The notes under the pieces were generated by a model, which was not told the DNA's origin, made no database searches, and worked only from the letters and a program-made list of their open reading frames with translations. From positions 18,011 through 82,010 of the forward strand of contig CATOPL010000013.1 of the NCBI GenBank assembly GCA_951802115.1: a stretch of DNA of 64,000 nucleotides, in the 5' to 3' direction. A program made the position numbers and the translations under genes. This DNA is from an uncultured Lachnospiraceae bacterium. Its GTDB lineage: Bacteria > Bacillota > Clostridia > Lachnospirales > Lachnospiraceae. Positions 37,588 to 47,899 of this stretch are shown here, one piece after another (the stretch's first letter is position 1; the number at the start of each line of letters is the position of its first letter).

Positions 37588-38883
37588 CTACTGATTGCCG
37601 TTCTGCGCGTTGTAGTCTTTTACCATCTGGATGATATCACGGTTATACCGTACCCAGTCAGTATCAAATTTTGTAAGGAATGCATCCACATCCTGTTCGA
37701 TCAGGAAAGTCTGAATCTGTGCGTCTACTGCCATCTCAGACGGATAGTAGTGATCCTGATAGTCCGCGATCTTACCCTCTGTGATGTACTCTTTCATACC
37801 GTCCAGGTTCGGAGCCAGCGTAAAGTTTCCTGATTTACAGGGAACTGCACTCTGATCATCCAGATACATCTGTAAGTTCTCGTCAGCAAGCAGGAAGTTC
37901 AGTACTTCATAGGCTGCTTCTTTCTTCCCTTCATCTTCGCAGGCCTTCGTCACACAGAACTGCAGGTCCACACCGGAATTCAGAATCTGACCGTCCGGGT
38001 CGCTGCTTCCCGGTGTTACAAAAGAATCGATATCCATATCCGGATTCACCGATTTAATCTGAGGCACTGCATAACTTCCGATCGCGAACATCGCGGATTC
38101 TCCGTTGGCAAACGCCGTACACGCATCGTTATAACCATAGGCAAAAGGCCCGTCCTCTCCGTAACTCACAAGTGTCTGGATCTTCTCTGCCACTTCTCTG
38201 TACTCATCGGCAAATACGGTCTTGCCTGCATTCACCTGCTGGCATACGTCCGCCGGCGCCAGGTCTACAGCAAGTGAGTTCCACGGTGCCAGACAGGTCC
38301 ATGTATCCTTGAATCCATAGTAGAACGGAAGGATTCCCTCTCCCCGGATCGTGTCACAAAGAGTGATCATCTCTTCCCAGGTGGTCGGAATCTCCCAGCC
38401 GTGCTCCTTGAACATCTCACGATTGTACAGAATACCCGCTGCATTTGCCACATACGGCACGCCGTAGGTTCCTTCTGTGGGGACGAACTCAAGCCCTTCC
38501 AGGATGTCCCTGTATCCCTGATTGATGTCTGCGATACCCGGATAATCGGATACATCTGCCAGAATGCCGGCATCGATGAAATAAGAGTAGTTGATGTCGC
38601 CGCCGATCCCCAGAAGGTCCGGATAATCCTCCCGGATAAATCTGGTCTTCAAGATCGTCATGGCATCATTGGGAGAATCAATCTTCAGGAGGATATCGTC
38701 GTGAGTTTTGTTAAACTCCTCCTCCAGCTGCTCGAACACATCCACCGCCTCCGGCTTATAATGTACAAGCTCGATCACGATCTTGCCGTCTTCGGCTTCA
38801 CTGCCGCCGCATCCGGTCAAGAACATAGAAGCGGGCAGTGTACATGCCAGCAGAAGGCTTATCATTTTTTCCCTCTTTCTCAT
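37588..38883 (-). CDS. Sugar ABC transporter substrate-binding lipoprotein (MsmE-like)
   Basis: Lipobox LTGC; MTILKTRFIREDYPD, YGYNDACTAFANGESAM. Start at MRKREK (38883). Confidence 0.9.
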   Translation of the reverse strand: MRKREKMISLLLACTLPASMFLTGCGGSEAEDGKIVIELVHYKPEAVDVFEQLEEEFNKTHDDILLKIDSPNDAMTILKTRFIREDYPDLLGIGGDINYSYFIDAGILADVSDYPGIADINQGYRDILEGLEFVPTEGTYGVPYVANAAGILYNREMFKEHGWEIPTTWEEMITLCDTIRGEGILPFYYGFKDTWTCLAPWNSLAVDLAPADVCQQVNAGKTVFADEYREVAEKIQTLVSYGEDGPFAYGYNDACTAFANGESAMFAIGSYAVPQIKSVNPDMDIDSFVTPGSSDPDGQILNSGVDLQFCVTKACEDEGKKEAAYEVLNFLLADENLQMYLDDQSAVPCKSGNFTLAPNLDGMKEYITEGKIADYQDHYYPSEMAVDAQIQTFLIEQDVDAFLTKFDTDWVRYNRDIIQMVKDYNAQNGNQ

Positions 38884-39106
38884 CCCATTTTGCTCCTTTC
38901 TTTGTTGGATGTAACACTGATTTTTTGTATATTTATTATAACATGCCAAAATACGTCCATAAATACCATGTTTTTTTCTATTTTATACCATTATGCCGTT
39001 TTTTTTTAATATACGAAAACTCGTATGGCATTTTGGTATATTTTCAGTTATACTAATAAAAACACTATCTATACAGACTGCACAAAAAATATTGGAGGCT
39101 GCCTAC

Positions 39107-39964
39107 ATGAAAGACATATTATTCTCCATATTTCCCAATGAAAATTTTGTCGATCTGAATCTCTATCAATTTGGCTGGGAGCGATGCACTCCCTCTCACA
39201 GTTTCGGTCCCGCTGCACGCACTCACTATCTGTTTCATTATGTCATATCAGGCACAGGAATCTTAAATGCCGACGATTCTTCCGGCAATACAAAAACCTG
39301 GCAGATTAAGAGCGGACAGGGTTTCATGATATTTCCGCACCAGATCAATACTTATATCGCAGACAAGGACCTTCCCTGGGAATATGTCTGGATCGAATTT
39401 GACGGACTGCGTGTTAAAGAGGCTATTTCCATCGCCGGACTGACACCGGACACTCCGGTCTATCACGCGCATTCCCGGGACATCAGAGAAACCATGATGC
39501 AGGAGATGCTCTACATCGCCCAGCACGGCGATATGGCTTCTTTTCATCTCATAGGCCATCTCTATCTCTTTCTGGACGCACTTACCCGCTCGATCGCTCC
39601 TGTACGTTTTATTGCCTCCAAGCCCGGCAAACTGCGGGACTTCTATATTCACGAGGCACTGACTTATATTGAACAGAATTTTCAGAATGATATTTCTGTG
39701 GAAGATATCGCCGACAACTGCGGACTGAACCGAAGTTATTTTGGTAAAATCTTCAAAAACACCGTGGGGCGGACCCCTCAGGATTTCCTGCTCAATTACC
39801 GCATGACAAAAGCCGCGGAACTTCTGAAACTGACACATCTTTCCATCGGCGATATCAGCAAGGCTGTGGGGTATGACAACCAGCTCCATTTTTCGCGAGC
39901 CTTCAAAAACATCTATCATCTTTCACCGCGGACATGGCGGAACCAGAATCAAATGAATGTATAA
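39107..39964 (+). CDS. AraC-family regulator (MsmR-like)
   Basis: Cupin N-terminus (HSFGPAARTHYLFH) and AraC HTH (GLNRSYFGKIFK, VGYDNQLHFSRAFK); divergent from msmE. Confidence 0.92.
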   Translation: MKDILFSIFPNENFVDLNLYQFGWERCTPSHSFGPAARTHYLFHYVISGTGILNADDSSGNTKTWQIKSGQGFMIFPHQINTYIADKDLPWEYVWIEFDGLRVKEAISIAGLTPDTPVYHAHSRDIRETMMQEMLYIAQHGDMASFHLIGHLYLFLDALTRSIAPVRFIASKPGKLRDFYIHEALTYIEQNFQNDISVEDIADNCGLNRSYFGKIFKNTVGRTPQDFLLNYRMTKAAELLKLTHLSIGDISKAVGYDNQLHFSRAFKNIYHLSPRTWRNQNQMNV

Positions 39965-39971
39965 AATCAAA

Positions 39972-40013
39972 CAAGGTGTAAGGCTTCCAGAGCTGAAGCT
40001 GCTTTACACCTTG
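39972..40013. terminator. Hairpin between convergent AraC and GH31 genes
   Basis: CAAGGTGTAAGGC / GCTTTACACCTTG inverted repeat. Confidence 0.6.
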
Positions 40014-40043
40014 CTAAGTTCTTAAAGCATCGCCACTCCTGAA

Positions 40044-42041
40044 CTAAACAAATTCAAGAATCCGACGGTTGGAGGGATTGTCGTAATCTTTGCAAACCCC
40101 GTCGTCATCATACATGATATATGCAGAGGACGGATATCCAATCATCGTCAGATGTTCCGTGTCCAAAGCCGCCACGCACTCTGCAAAATCCGCCAGAGGG
40201 ATACATTTTCCTTTCCGGATAAACAGCGGTACCTCGTTCAGAGCAATCTTTACATAATGATGCCCGGCAGGCAGTATCTCTTCGTGCAGAGAACCGTCCG
40301 GCAGGAATTTGACAAACTTCATCTCCTCAGGCAGATAAACGTATCTTCCTGCTGCATTCTGGCTGTATACAGGAGCAATCATCATCTCGTCTCCGAGCAT
40401 CAGCTGGTCTTCTACCTGAACTGCATGTGGATCTTCCGGATAGACGAACGCCAGCGGCCTGAAATACAGATCATCTGAAAGCGCCGCTTTCATGTACTCG
40501 CTGTACAGATACGGGAGCAGCCGGTAACGAATCCCGATTATATGCCGGAAATCTTCCACTCCTTCAAAGCGGAAGCATTCCTGATCTCTTGTACCCATGG
40601 CAGAATGGTTGCGCATAAGAGGGGTAAACACGCCCAGCGCCAGCCAGCGCAGCAGCAGATCCCTGGTCGTATCCGCACCAAATCCGCCCAGATCTGCACC
40701 GGTGTAAAGAAATCCGCACATATTCAGAGACGGCATCATTTTCAGATTCAGAAGAATATGACTCCACCAGGATTTGTTGTCTCCGGTCCAGATTCCTCCA
40801 TAGCGGTGCATTCCTATATAAGAAGAGCGGGAAAACATCAGAAAACGTTTTTCCGGATTGATCCTCTCAAAAGCTTCTCCGGCTGCTCTGGTCATATTGT
40901 ATCCAAACAGGTTGTGAACCTTATCATGACGAATCTGCCGGCCGTTTGCCTGATGATAAAACGACGCATAATCTTCCTTATTATTGGAAAGTCCAAGCAC
41001 CGCATCTTTTGCTTCAAAAAACGATACCTTTCCCTGCGTATCCTGAAAAAATTCTTTTACGATCTCTTCTGCTCTTTGTACTCCTTCCGGCGTATAAAAA
41101 ATAGCCGGCTCGTTCATGTCATTCCAGAAACCTTCAATCCCCTGATCTGTCAGAATCTTATATTTGTCTCCAAACCACGCTCTGGCTTCCGGATTCAGTA
41201 CATCAGGAAAATGAGTGTCTCCCGGCCACACAGCCGCCACAAAATCGCTGCCGTCTTCTCTCTGGCAGAAATACCGGTTTTTGACCCCTTCTTCATAAAC
41301 ATCATATCCTTTTTCCACTTTTACGCCTGCATCAATAATGGGAATCAAACGGATATTCTGCTCTTTCATCTCCTGCACAAAGGCCGGAAAATCCGAGAAA
41401 TTTTCTTCATTCAGTGTGAAATCTTTGTAATCCTGCATGTAATCAATATCCATGTAAATCATATCAACCGGAATATGATTCCTGCGGTATCCTTTTGCCA
41501 CTTCACGATAGTCCTCTTTTGTCCGATACCCCCAGCGGCTCTGTCCGAATCCGAACGCAAACTTCGGCGGAATATAACTCCTGCCGATAATCCGACGGAG
41601 CTGTTTTACAATCTCATAGGGTGTCTTTCCTTCAATCACGTATAAATACAAGTCTGCATTTTCACAGGTGACCGTCAGAGTATTCATCCGCGTATAACCG
41701 ACATCAAACGTCATTCTGGACGGATAGTCAAAAAACAGGCCAAATGTCTGCGTGCCGGAAATCACGATAAAATTATGAGCCGCATACAGAGAGCTTTTGT
41801 CCTCCATATGCTCCGGATCATCTGTACAGTCGCTGATATAGCGATATCCCCTTTTGTTGATTCCCCGGTTCGCCTCACCAAGTCCGTACACCACATCTTC
41901 TGCGTCCAGCAGACAGGTAAAGCAAAACCCGTTTTCCAGACTGATGTCCCCATATGCCGGTGCCCCGCATACCGCCTCCATCTGTACCGTAACAGCTTCC
42001 GTTTCAAAAGGTGTCCCATAGACGTATTTCTGAATCATCAT
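40044..42041 (-). CDS. Alpha-glucosidase (GH31)
   Basis: IYMDIDYM, GFWNDMNEP, WTGDNKSWW, GADLGGF, MRNHS. Confidence 0.92.
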   Translation of the reverse strand: MMIQKYVYGTPFETEAVTVQMEAVCGAPAYGDISLENGFCFTCLLDAEDVVYGLGEANRGINKRGYRYISDCTDDPEHMEDKSSLYAAHNFIVISGTQTFGLFFDYPSRMTFDVGYTRMNTLTVTCENADLYLYVIEGKTPYEIVKQLRRIIGRSYIPPKFAFGFGQSRWGYRTKEDYREVAKGYRRNHIPVDMIYMDIDYMQDYKDFTLNEENFSDFPAFVQEMKEQNIRLIPIIDAGVKVEKGYDVYEEGVKNRYFCQREDGSDFVAAVWPGDTHFPDVLNPEARAWFGDKYKILTDQGIEGFWNDMNEPAIFYTPEGVQRAEEIVKEFFQDTQGKVSFFEAKDAVLGLSNNKEDYASFYHQANGRQIRHDKVHNLFGYNMTRAAGEAFERINPEKRFLMFSRSSYIGMHRYGGIWTGDNKSWWSHILLNLKMMPSLNMCGFLYTGADLGGFGADTTRDLLLRWLALGVFTPLMRNHSAMGTRDQECFRFEGVEDFRHIIGIRYRLLPYLYSEYMKAALSDDLYFRPLAFVYPEDPHAVQVEDQLMLGDEMMIAPVYSQNAAGRYVYLPEEMKFVKFLPDGSLHEEILPAGHHYVKIALNEVPLFIRKGKCIPLADFAECVAALDTEHLTMIGYPSSAYIMYDDDGVCKDYDNPSNRRILEFV

Positions 42042-42047
42042 GCATTC

Positions 42048-42298
42048 CTCCTATTATAGTTCCGCATCTGCATCTCGCAAGACCTCTTTCTCTGGAAGCA
42101 TTTCCAGACTCTTCGGGTCTGTAAATCCTTCCCGGACTTTCTCGTTCAGATGCTGTCTTGTAGTTCCGCATCTGCATCTCGCAAGACCTCTTTCTCTGGA
42201 AGCATTTCCAGACTCTTCGGGTCTGTAAATCCTTCCCGGACTTTCTCGTTCAGATGCTGTCTTATAGTTCCGCATCTGCATCTCGCAAGACCTCTTTC
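42048..42298. repeat. Tandem array of a 104-bp structured repeat (2.3 units); same family as 63080-63356
   Basis: GTTCCGCATCTG at 42059/42163/42267 and CAGATGCTGT at 42147/42251; units nearly identical. Confidence 0.93.
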
Positions 42299-42417
42299 CA
42301 TACCTTCAAGATGAATAAAAGTATATATACTTTTTCTTGAAAATACTTGCATTATTTTATAAAATAGATAACACAATCCTGACATTTTATAGTTTTTCTG
42401 CCAGAAGGAGATTGCTC

Positions 42418-43314
42418 ATGTACCCTGATCTGTCCCTGAAAGAAGATGTAAAGCATGGCACCCGCGAACATCCAGTTCGCGTCATGCATTTTACAGCCGG
42501 AAAGGGAACCCCTTATCCGGAACATTTCTTTGTAAAACGGCACTGGCATGACTATGTGGAAATCCTGCTGATTTTAAAAGGAACTTACCTCCTGGAAATT
42601 AATCTGCAAAAGCAGATGCTGAAAACCGGAGATCTCTGTATCATGAACAGCGGAGAACCTCATCAGATCACAGGACTTGAAGCAGACGCCGTTCATGACG
42701 TGATCCTGTTCACTCCGAAAATTCTTGACTTTTCCTATATGGATGAATGGGAGGAACGCTATATTGCGCCCTTTCTGAAACAGACGCTGATACTTAAAAA
42801 TATCCTGCACCCGGAGGATGCAGGATATCAGGAAATCCGGTCTGTATTTACAAAAGCTGCTGCTGTCGGGCTGTACGAGAAGCCTGGATGGTATATTCCA
42901 TGCAAACTCCGGATTCTTGAGCTTTTCAGTCTGGCAGTCAAATATCAGCTGCTCCTGCCGGCCTCTGAAATCCTGTCCGCCGCCAGCATCCGAAGAATTA
43001 CCCGTTATAAGACCGTTATTACTTATATTGAAAAGCATTATCAGGAACCCCTGTCGCTGCAGCAGCTCTCCAGACTGATCTCCTGCAACGACCAGTATCT
43101 GTGTCGTTTTTTCCGGGAAATTGCCGGCGTCTCACCCATCCGATATCTGATCTCCTACCGTCTGGAACGGGCCTGCTCCCTTCTGGCCCATACCTCGCAG
43201 CCGATTACAGAGATCGCTCTCGACTGCGGTTTTGAAAATATCAGTTATTTTATACGCAAATTCCGGGAAGAAAAAGGCTGTACTCCTAAAGAATACCGTA
43301 ATACCTATACCTGA
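42418..43314 (+). CDS. AraC-family transcriptional regulator
   Basis: Cupin HWHDYVEILL; HTH YLCRFFREIAG, CGFENISYFIRKF. Start placed at MYPDLS. Confidence 0.9.
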   Translation: MYPDLSLKEDVKHGTREHPVRVMHFTAGKGTPYPEHFFVKRHWHDYVEILLILKGTYLLEINLQKQMLKTGDLCIMNSGEPHQITGLEADAVHDVILFTPKILDFSYMDEWEERYIAPFLKQTLILKNILHPEDAGYQEIRSVFTKAAAVGLYEKPGWYIPCKLRILELFSLAVKYQLLLPASEILSAASIRRITRYKTVITYIEKHYQEPLSLQQLSRLISCNDQYLCRFFREIAGVSPIRYLISYRLERACSLLAHTSQPITEIALDCGFENISYFIRKFREEKGCTPKEYRNTYT

Positions 43315-44090
43315 GTCTTCTTTTGAAGCTTTCCTGCCATCCGTTCCAGAAGCCTGATCAGAATCAGAACGACCAGGCAGACAACGGTAATCAGGCAGGC
43401 GTATTCTGTAAAATCTTTTCGATTGCTGCTCCATGCCCGATTCAAAAACGGGAGGCCAAGCACCACCATATAGTACCAGAAAAAAGGCGGAAGGCAGACA
43501 GAAGGTTGTCGTGCAGGCATTCTGCTTCTTTTCGTCTCAATCGCGTCTGCTTTTTGATCCCCTGCTATTTTCCGGGACGCCCGGTCTGTTATTTTGTACA
43601 AGATCAGCAGGGAAACAAAATATACGGTTGTTCCAATGACCGTATGAAGTCTTTTTTGTGTCAGCCACCCCGCCTTAAATTCTGTTTCCTGCAAAAGCTG
43701 CGGCAAATAGACAGACAGAACAATCCGGATGCCATTTATGAAAACCGTATACAGATAAATGCCTGCCGTCGAACAGACCGCCCAGGAAAAACCCTTTCTC
43801 ACCGTCCCCATCCGGTGCGTAAATGAGAAAACAGACATCAGCAAGGCTGTCATCAAAAACTGCACACCGGAACAGGACGGGGCAACAACAAACCGCAGTG
43901 AATGATTGATGAAGCCGACACCCGGAAGATATTCAAAGGTTATGCCACTTAAAATCCCTACCCATCTCACGACCGGGGCAAGTATCCACAGAAGTTCATC
44001 ACTTCCGGCTCTGCTGTAATAAAGCTTGAGCATGGCGGCCGCAATACCTGTAGCCACATAGCAGCACCCGTATTTTCTGAATCTGCTCAC
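43305..44090 (-). CDS. xrtK: Exosortase family protein (exosortase K type)
   Basis: LKLYY...LLWILAP...G.TF...GF...VVAPSCSGVQF (catalytic Cys), INGIRIVL (Arg), LHTVIG (His); multi-TM. Confidence 0.75.
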   Translation of the reverse strand: MSRFRKYGCCYVATGIAAAMLKLYYSRAGSDELLWILAPVVRWVGILSGITFEYLPGVGFINHSLRFVVAPSCSGVQFLMTALLMSVFSFTHRMGTVRKGFSWAVCSTAGIYLYTVFINGIRIVLSVYLPQLLQETEFKAGWLTQKRLHTVIGTTVYFVSLLILYKITDRASRKIAGDQKADAIETKRSRMPARQPSVCLPPFFWYYMVVLGLPFLNRAWSSNRKDFTEYACLITVVCLVVLILIRLLERMAGKLQKKTQV

Positions 44091-46087
44091 TCTCGTTTCC
44101 TCCTGCCAAACAGAATATTTGTCAGTATAATAACAATGGTTGCAATACTCATAATCAACAGTTCCGGCTCCGCCCCCATCAGATATCCCCCAATGGCCAG
44201 TTCGGACACTCCCTGCGGAAGCGGAGACGGCTGGTCTACGTCCATACTGTCACCTTCCGGATTCCTGATTGTATCAAGGACGGCTACAAAAGACGTATAC
44301 GGAGTCACCATACTATAATCAAGCCCTATGGAAGTAATCTCTGCTTTTGTATTATCATCCTCACGGGCATATCCGTACGCTGTCAGCATGTCCACTTTTT
44401 TTCTTGCCCACAGATAGCAAATAGCACTGTTTTCCTCCGATGGTACAATCTGCGACACATCAATCTCCTGCACATAATCCTGCGTCCCTGTCTTTCCAGT
44501 AATTCGAATGTTTCCGGAAGGTTCCCCGCGCCATTTTCCAAAAAGTACCACCGGTTTTTCCGCAAACAGAGTCGGAACCGCAGAAGGCACAGTGTCATAA
44601 ACGTCAAACCCGTCAAAAGATACCTGAATATCCGTCAGTACAGGCGCTTCAATGTATGTACGGAACCTTTCTGCTGTTTCTTCTGCTTTCTCTTCATCGG
44701 TTACCACGAACGCCTCACCCATTCCCGCACCTGCAATTCCTTCCATCAAAGAACGGTTGACAGAACTCCCGATACCGAAAGAAAAGAAGCTGGTATTGTC
44801 CAGGTTTTCATGAATCATTCCGAAAACTTCTTCTTCATCGTAAATGTACCCGTCTGTAATAACCACAACATTTCTGGATACGTCGCTCCTTTTCGGCGTG
44901 TTAAGAGCGCTTTCAAGCGCCGCCGCAAGCTCTGTTCCTCCGCCGCCTTCCTGCATGTCAATCAACTTTGTAGCGCAATCCATGTTTTCTTTTGTGGCAG
45001 CGACCGGCTCCAGTGACATTTCCGATACAATATCCGAGAATAAAAACAGATTGAAGCAGTCCGTGCTCCGAAGATTTGCAACCATGGTCCGAATTAGTTC
45101 CTTGGCTGTATCCAGCGGATATCCGTTCATGGAACCGGATACATCCAGAATAAAAATATATTCTCTTGGAACCAGCTCCTTCGGTTCATAACGGTTCGGC
45201 GGCTGTACGGTCAGCAGAAAAAAGTTTTCCTCTTCTCCCGGATAGAGTACAAGCCCGGTGTTCACCTTTTCGCCAGTCAGTTCATATTCCAGAATAAAAT
45301 CCCTATCACCCGCAAAGTCCTCCGGATCGGAAAGTGCTACTTTCATTTCAGATTCCTGAACCTGTTCCACCTCTATCTTATGGGTATCGCAGGCAAGACC
45401 GGTTATTGGAACACCAGCGGAAAGCGTGACATTGATTTCATAAGTACTGTCCGGTGTAACACCCTCCTGTAAATACGGAGACTCCACCCAGCTGCCTTCT
45501 TCTGCTTCTTCCGCGTCAACTTTCCCTGCATACCGGGGACCGACAACCGTGGGAAAGACAAACTGATATGTTCCTTCTGTCGATTCAATCATTTCTGTAT
45601 AAAGAAGTTCGACGCACACTGTATCTCCGGGCATAATATTTGCCACATCCATAGTAAAAACATTAGATCTTTTTTCTTCCAGAAGCGATGCGCTTTTTCC
45701 CTCGCTCTTTGCTTCCTCGTATTCCTGTTTTGCTTCTTCTTTCTCTTTGATGACAGCCGTTACTATCTGATTTCCGATTTCCATTTTCATTCCGTGAACC
45801 GATACTTTTGTAGAAGCAGGAAACACATAGCTTGCATTGATGGGATGTTCTCCCTCATTTACATAGGTCTGCGTCACACAAGTCTCAGCGATCATTCCGT
45901 TTATGTTGGTTGTCACTTCCGTTCCTTTCAGCGGCAGATGGTCAACCCCCGGATCTGCTCCCTCAATAAAGAAATAGGGGGCAAGCGTCACATCTTCATC
46001 CTCTTCTGATTCTGCATGTACTGCCGGACAGTACGCGGCAAACATGCAGAATGCCAAAAACAAGCAAAACCAATTTTTCTTTTTCAT
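44087..46087 (-). CDS. Secreted VIT + vWA domain protein with C-terminal exosortase-type sorting signal
   Basis: Signal peptide; VIT (VTQTYVNEGEHPINASYVFP); MIDAS DVSGSM, ITDG; C-terminus GAEP-ELLIMSIATIVIILTNILFG-RRKRE. Confidence 0.85.
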   Translation of the reverse strand: MKKKNWFCLFLAFCMFAAYCPAVHAESEEDEDVTLAPYFFIEGADPGVDHLPLKGTEVTTNINGMIAETCVTQTYVNEGEHPINASYVFPASTKVSVHGMKMEIGNQIVTAVIKEKEEAKQEYEEAKSEGKSASLLEEKRSNVFTMDVANIMPGDTVCVELLYTEMIESTEGTYQFVFPTVVGPRYAGKVDAEEAEEGSWVESPYLQEGVTPDSTYEINVTLSAGVPITGLACDTHKIEVEQVQESEMKVALSDPEDFAGDRDFILEYELTGEKVNTGLVLYPGEEENFFLLTVQPPNRYEPKELVPREYIFILDVSGSMNGYPLDTAKELIRTMVANLRSTDCFNLFLFSDIVSEMSLEPVAATKENMDCATKLIDMQEGGGGTELAAALESALNTPKRSDVSRNVVVITDGYIYDEEEVFGMIHENLDNTSFFSFGIGSSVNRSLMEGIAGAGMGEAFVVTDEEKAEETAERFRTYIEAPVLTDIQVSFDGFDVYDTVPSAVPTLFAEKPVVLFGKWRGEPSGNIRITGKTGTQDYVQEIDVSQIVPSEENSAICYLWARKKVDMLTAYGYAREDDNTKAEITSIGLDYSMVTPYTSFVAVLDTIRNPEGDSMDVDQPSPLPQGVSELAIGGYLMGAEPELLIMSIATIVIILTNILFGRRKRE

Positions 46088-46200
46088 GATGCACCTCTTT
46101 TGATTCTTCTGATGTTGATACTGCAGTTTCTCCTGTTATGGAAAGACTACCATATCAGAGCATCAGAAGAACATCAGAAATTCATCAGAAATGCATCATT

Positions 46201-47835
46201 TTATCCGTCAAGTTTTTTGACTGTGAGAATGGCGTTGGTACCGCTTCCCAGCGTTACTCCCACAGCAATCAGTGCAGAAAGTGCCATATCAATGACGTCT
46301 CCTGCCGCCAGTGTAACGATTATGCTGCCGTTAAACAGCGTATTAACGCCGACAGAGAGTACTCTTGACACTGTTGCGCCCGGTATATTTGTACCGTTTC
46401 TGCGAACCGCTGTTGTAACAGTAGTCCCCAGCGCTGCTGACATTGTAGTGGCATAGGTAATCTCATATGCCCCGGGAGCCGTGATCGTAATGCTGTTTGC
46501 CGGAGTGTAGGTAAGATTCTCGGACGGCATAGTAGCAGGCATAGGAATCTGAGTTGTACCCCCAAGGGTCAGATTCAGAGTCTGAGGATCTGTATTGTAC
46601 ACTCCTCCATACGAGGCCAGCCCATTTGCCGGACCGGTTGGACCGGTCGGGCCCGTTGCTCCGGTTGCTCCCGTCGGACCGGCAGCTCCCTCAATTCCCT
46701 GTGGACCCGTCGGACCGGTTGCTCCGGTCGGGCCGGCAAGACCCTGGATTCCCTGCGGGCCCGTCGGGCCGATCTCTCCTGTAGGGCCGGTGACTCCGGT
46801 CGCTCCGGCAGGTCCGGTCGCTCCGATTGCCCCGACAGGTCCCTCAATTCCCTGCACACCCGTCGGACCGGTTGCTCCGGTTGCCCCGGCAAGACCCTGA
46901 ATTCCCTGCGGGCCCTGCGGACCCGTCGGGCCGATCTCTCCGGCAGGACCGGTGACTCCGGTCGCTCCGGCAGGTCCAGTCGCTCCGGTTGCTCCGGTTG
47001 CCCCGGCAGGTCCCTGAAGCCCCTGTAAGCCCTGTGGTCCCTCAGGTCCTGCCGCCCCGGTTACACCTGCAGGACCAACTGCTCCAGTCACCCCGGCTGC
47101 TCCTGCAGGGCCGGTCGCTCCGGCAGGCCCAGTCGCTCCCGTCGGGCCGGTTGGACCGGCAGGTCCTTGCAGCCCCTGTAAACCCTGAGGGCCGACAGGT
47201 CCGGTTGCTCCAACGGCACCAGCCGCGCCCGGAAGTCCTTGCAGCCCCTGTGGACCTGTGGGGCCGGTCGCTCCAGTCGGACCAGTCGCACCAACCGTGC
47301 CCGGAAGTCCCTGAAGGCCCTGCGGGCCCTGCGCTCCGGTTGCCCCAGTCGGGCCCTGCGGTCCCTGTACTCCCTGTGCTCCGGCAGCTCCGGTCGGGCC
47401 GGTCACCCCGGCTGCTCCTGCAGATCCAGTCGCCCCGGTCGGGCCAACCGGACCCTGAAGTCCCTGAGAACCCTGAGGTCCCTGCGGACCTGTGGGGCCA
47501 ACCGGGCCTGTGGGTCCTTGCACTCCCTGTACACCGGCAGCTCCGGTAGGGCCGGTCGCCCCCGGCGCTCCTGCCGGGCCTGGAATTCCCTGAAGTCCCT
47601 GCGGGCCTTCAGGACCTATCGGGCCTTGCGGTCCCTGCGGACCTTGCGGACCTTCGATTCCTCCTGGTCCCATTGGTCCCTGCGGACCTGTCGGACCCTG
47701 GTATCCCCTCGCTCCCGTCGGACCCGGACATCCTCGCGGGCCCATCGGACCTGTCGGACCCTGGCAGCATCTGTTATTTTGCTGTCCCGGACATCCACAG
47801 GAGTTATTGTCACAATTTCTTCGGAAAAAATCCAT
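46201..47835 (-). CDS. Collagen-like (BclA-type) spore-surface protein
   Basis: Cys-rich N-terminus, ~380 aa of Gly-X-Y (GPT/GAT/GPQ) triplets, C-terminal beta-rich domain ([13 protein letters not shown]...AAGDVID). Confidence 0.9.
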   Translation of the reverse strand: MDFFRRNCDNNSCGCPGQQNNRCCQGPTGPMGPRGCPGPTGARGYQGPTGPQGPMGPGGIEGPQGPQGPQGPIGPEGPQGLQGIPGPAGAPGATGPTGAAGVQGVQGPTGPVGPTGPQGPQGSQGLQGPVGPTGATGSAGAAGVTGPTGAAGAQGVQGPQGPTGATGAQGPQGLQGLPGTVGATGPTGATGPTGPQGLQGLPGAAGAVGATGPVGPQGLQGLQGPAGPTGPTGATGPAGATGPAGAAGVTGAVGPAGVTGAAGPEGPQGLQGLQGPAGATGATGATGPAGATGVTGPAGEIGPTGPQGPQGIQGLAGATGATGPTGVQGIEGPVGAIGATGPAGATGVTGPTGEIGPTGPQGIQGLAGPTGATGPTGPQGIEGAAGPTGATGATGPTGPTGPANGLASYGGVYNTDPQTLNLTLGGTTQIPMPATMPSENLTYTPANSITITAPGAYEITYATTMSAALGTTVTTAVRRNGTNIPGATVSRVLSVGVNTLFNGSIIVTLAAGDVIDMALSALIAVGVTLGSGTNAILTVKKLDG

Positions 47836-47871
47836 ACTCGTTAGTCTCCTTATATCTTCATTTTCACTTAT

Positions 47872-47898
47872 AGATTATGCAGACTTTTCCGCAGCGTT
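47872..47898 (-). promoter_or_regulatory. Candidate sigma-K promoter of the collagen-like gene
   Basis: AC-N16-CATAATCT in the short intergenic region. Confidence 0.4.
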
Positions 47899-47899
47899 C

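Noticed and set aside
11394-41645. Long antisense ORFs (e.g. 11394-12188, 24532-25326, 28331-29458, 33973-34767, 40542-41645)
   Set aside because: They shadow well-supported genes on the other strand and have no recognisable motifs.
42059-42298. Hammerhead ribozyme or type III antitoxin array
   Set aside because: CUGANGA is imperfect in both arrays and I could not build stem III with a cleavage triplet; no toxin-like gene follows. Not excluded without a covariance-model search.
42054-42385. Small ORFs (75-79 aa) and the MEEDRCGT extension of parC (63075-63113)
   Set aside because: They are read through the tandem repeats; better starts with RBS exist for the real genes.
46554-47873. Plus-strand and alternate-frame ORFs and nucleotide repeats over the collagen gene
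   Set aside because: By-products of GC-rich Gly-X-Y codon periodicity.
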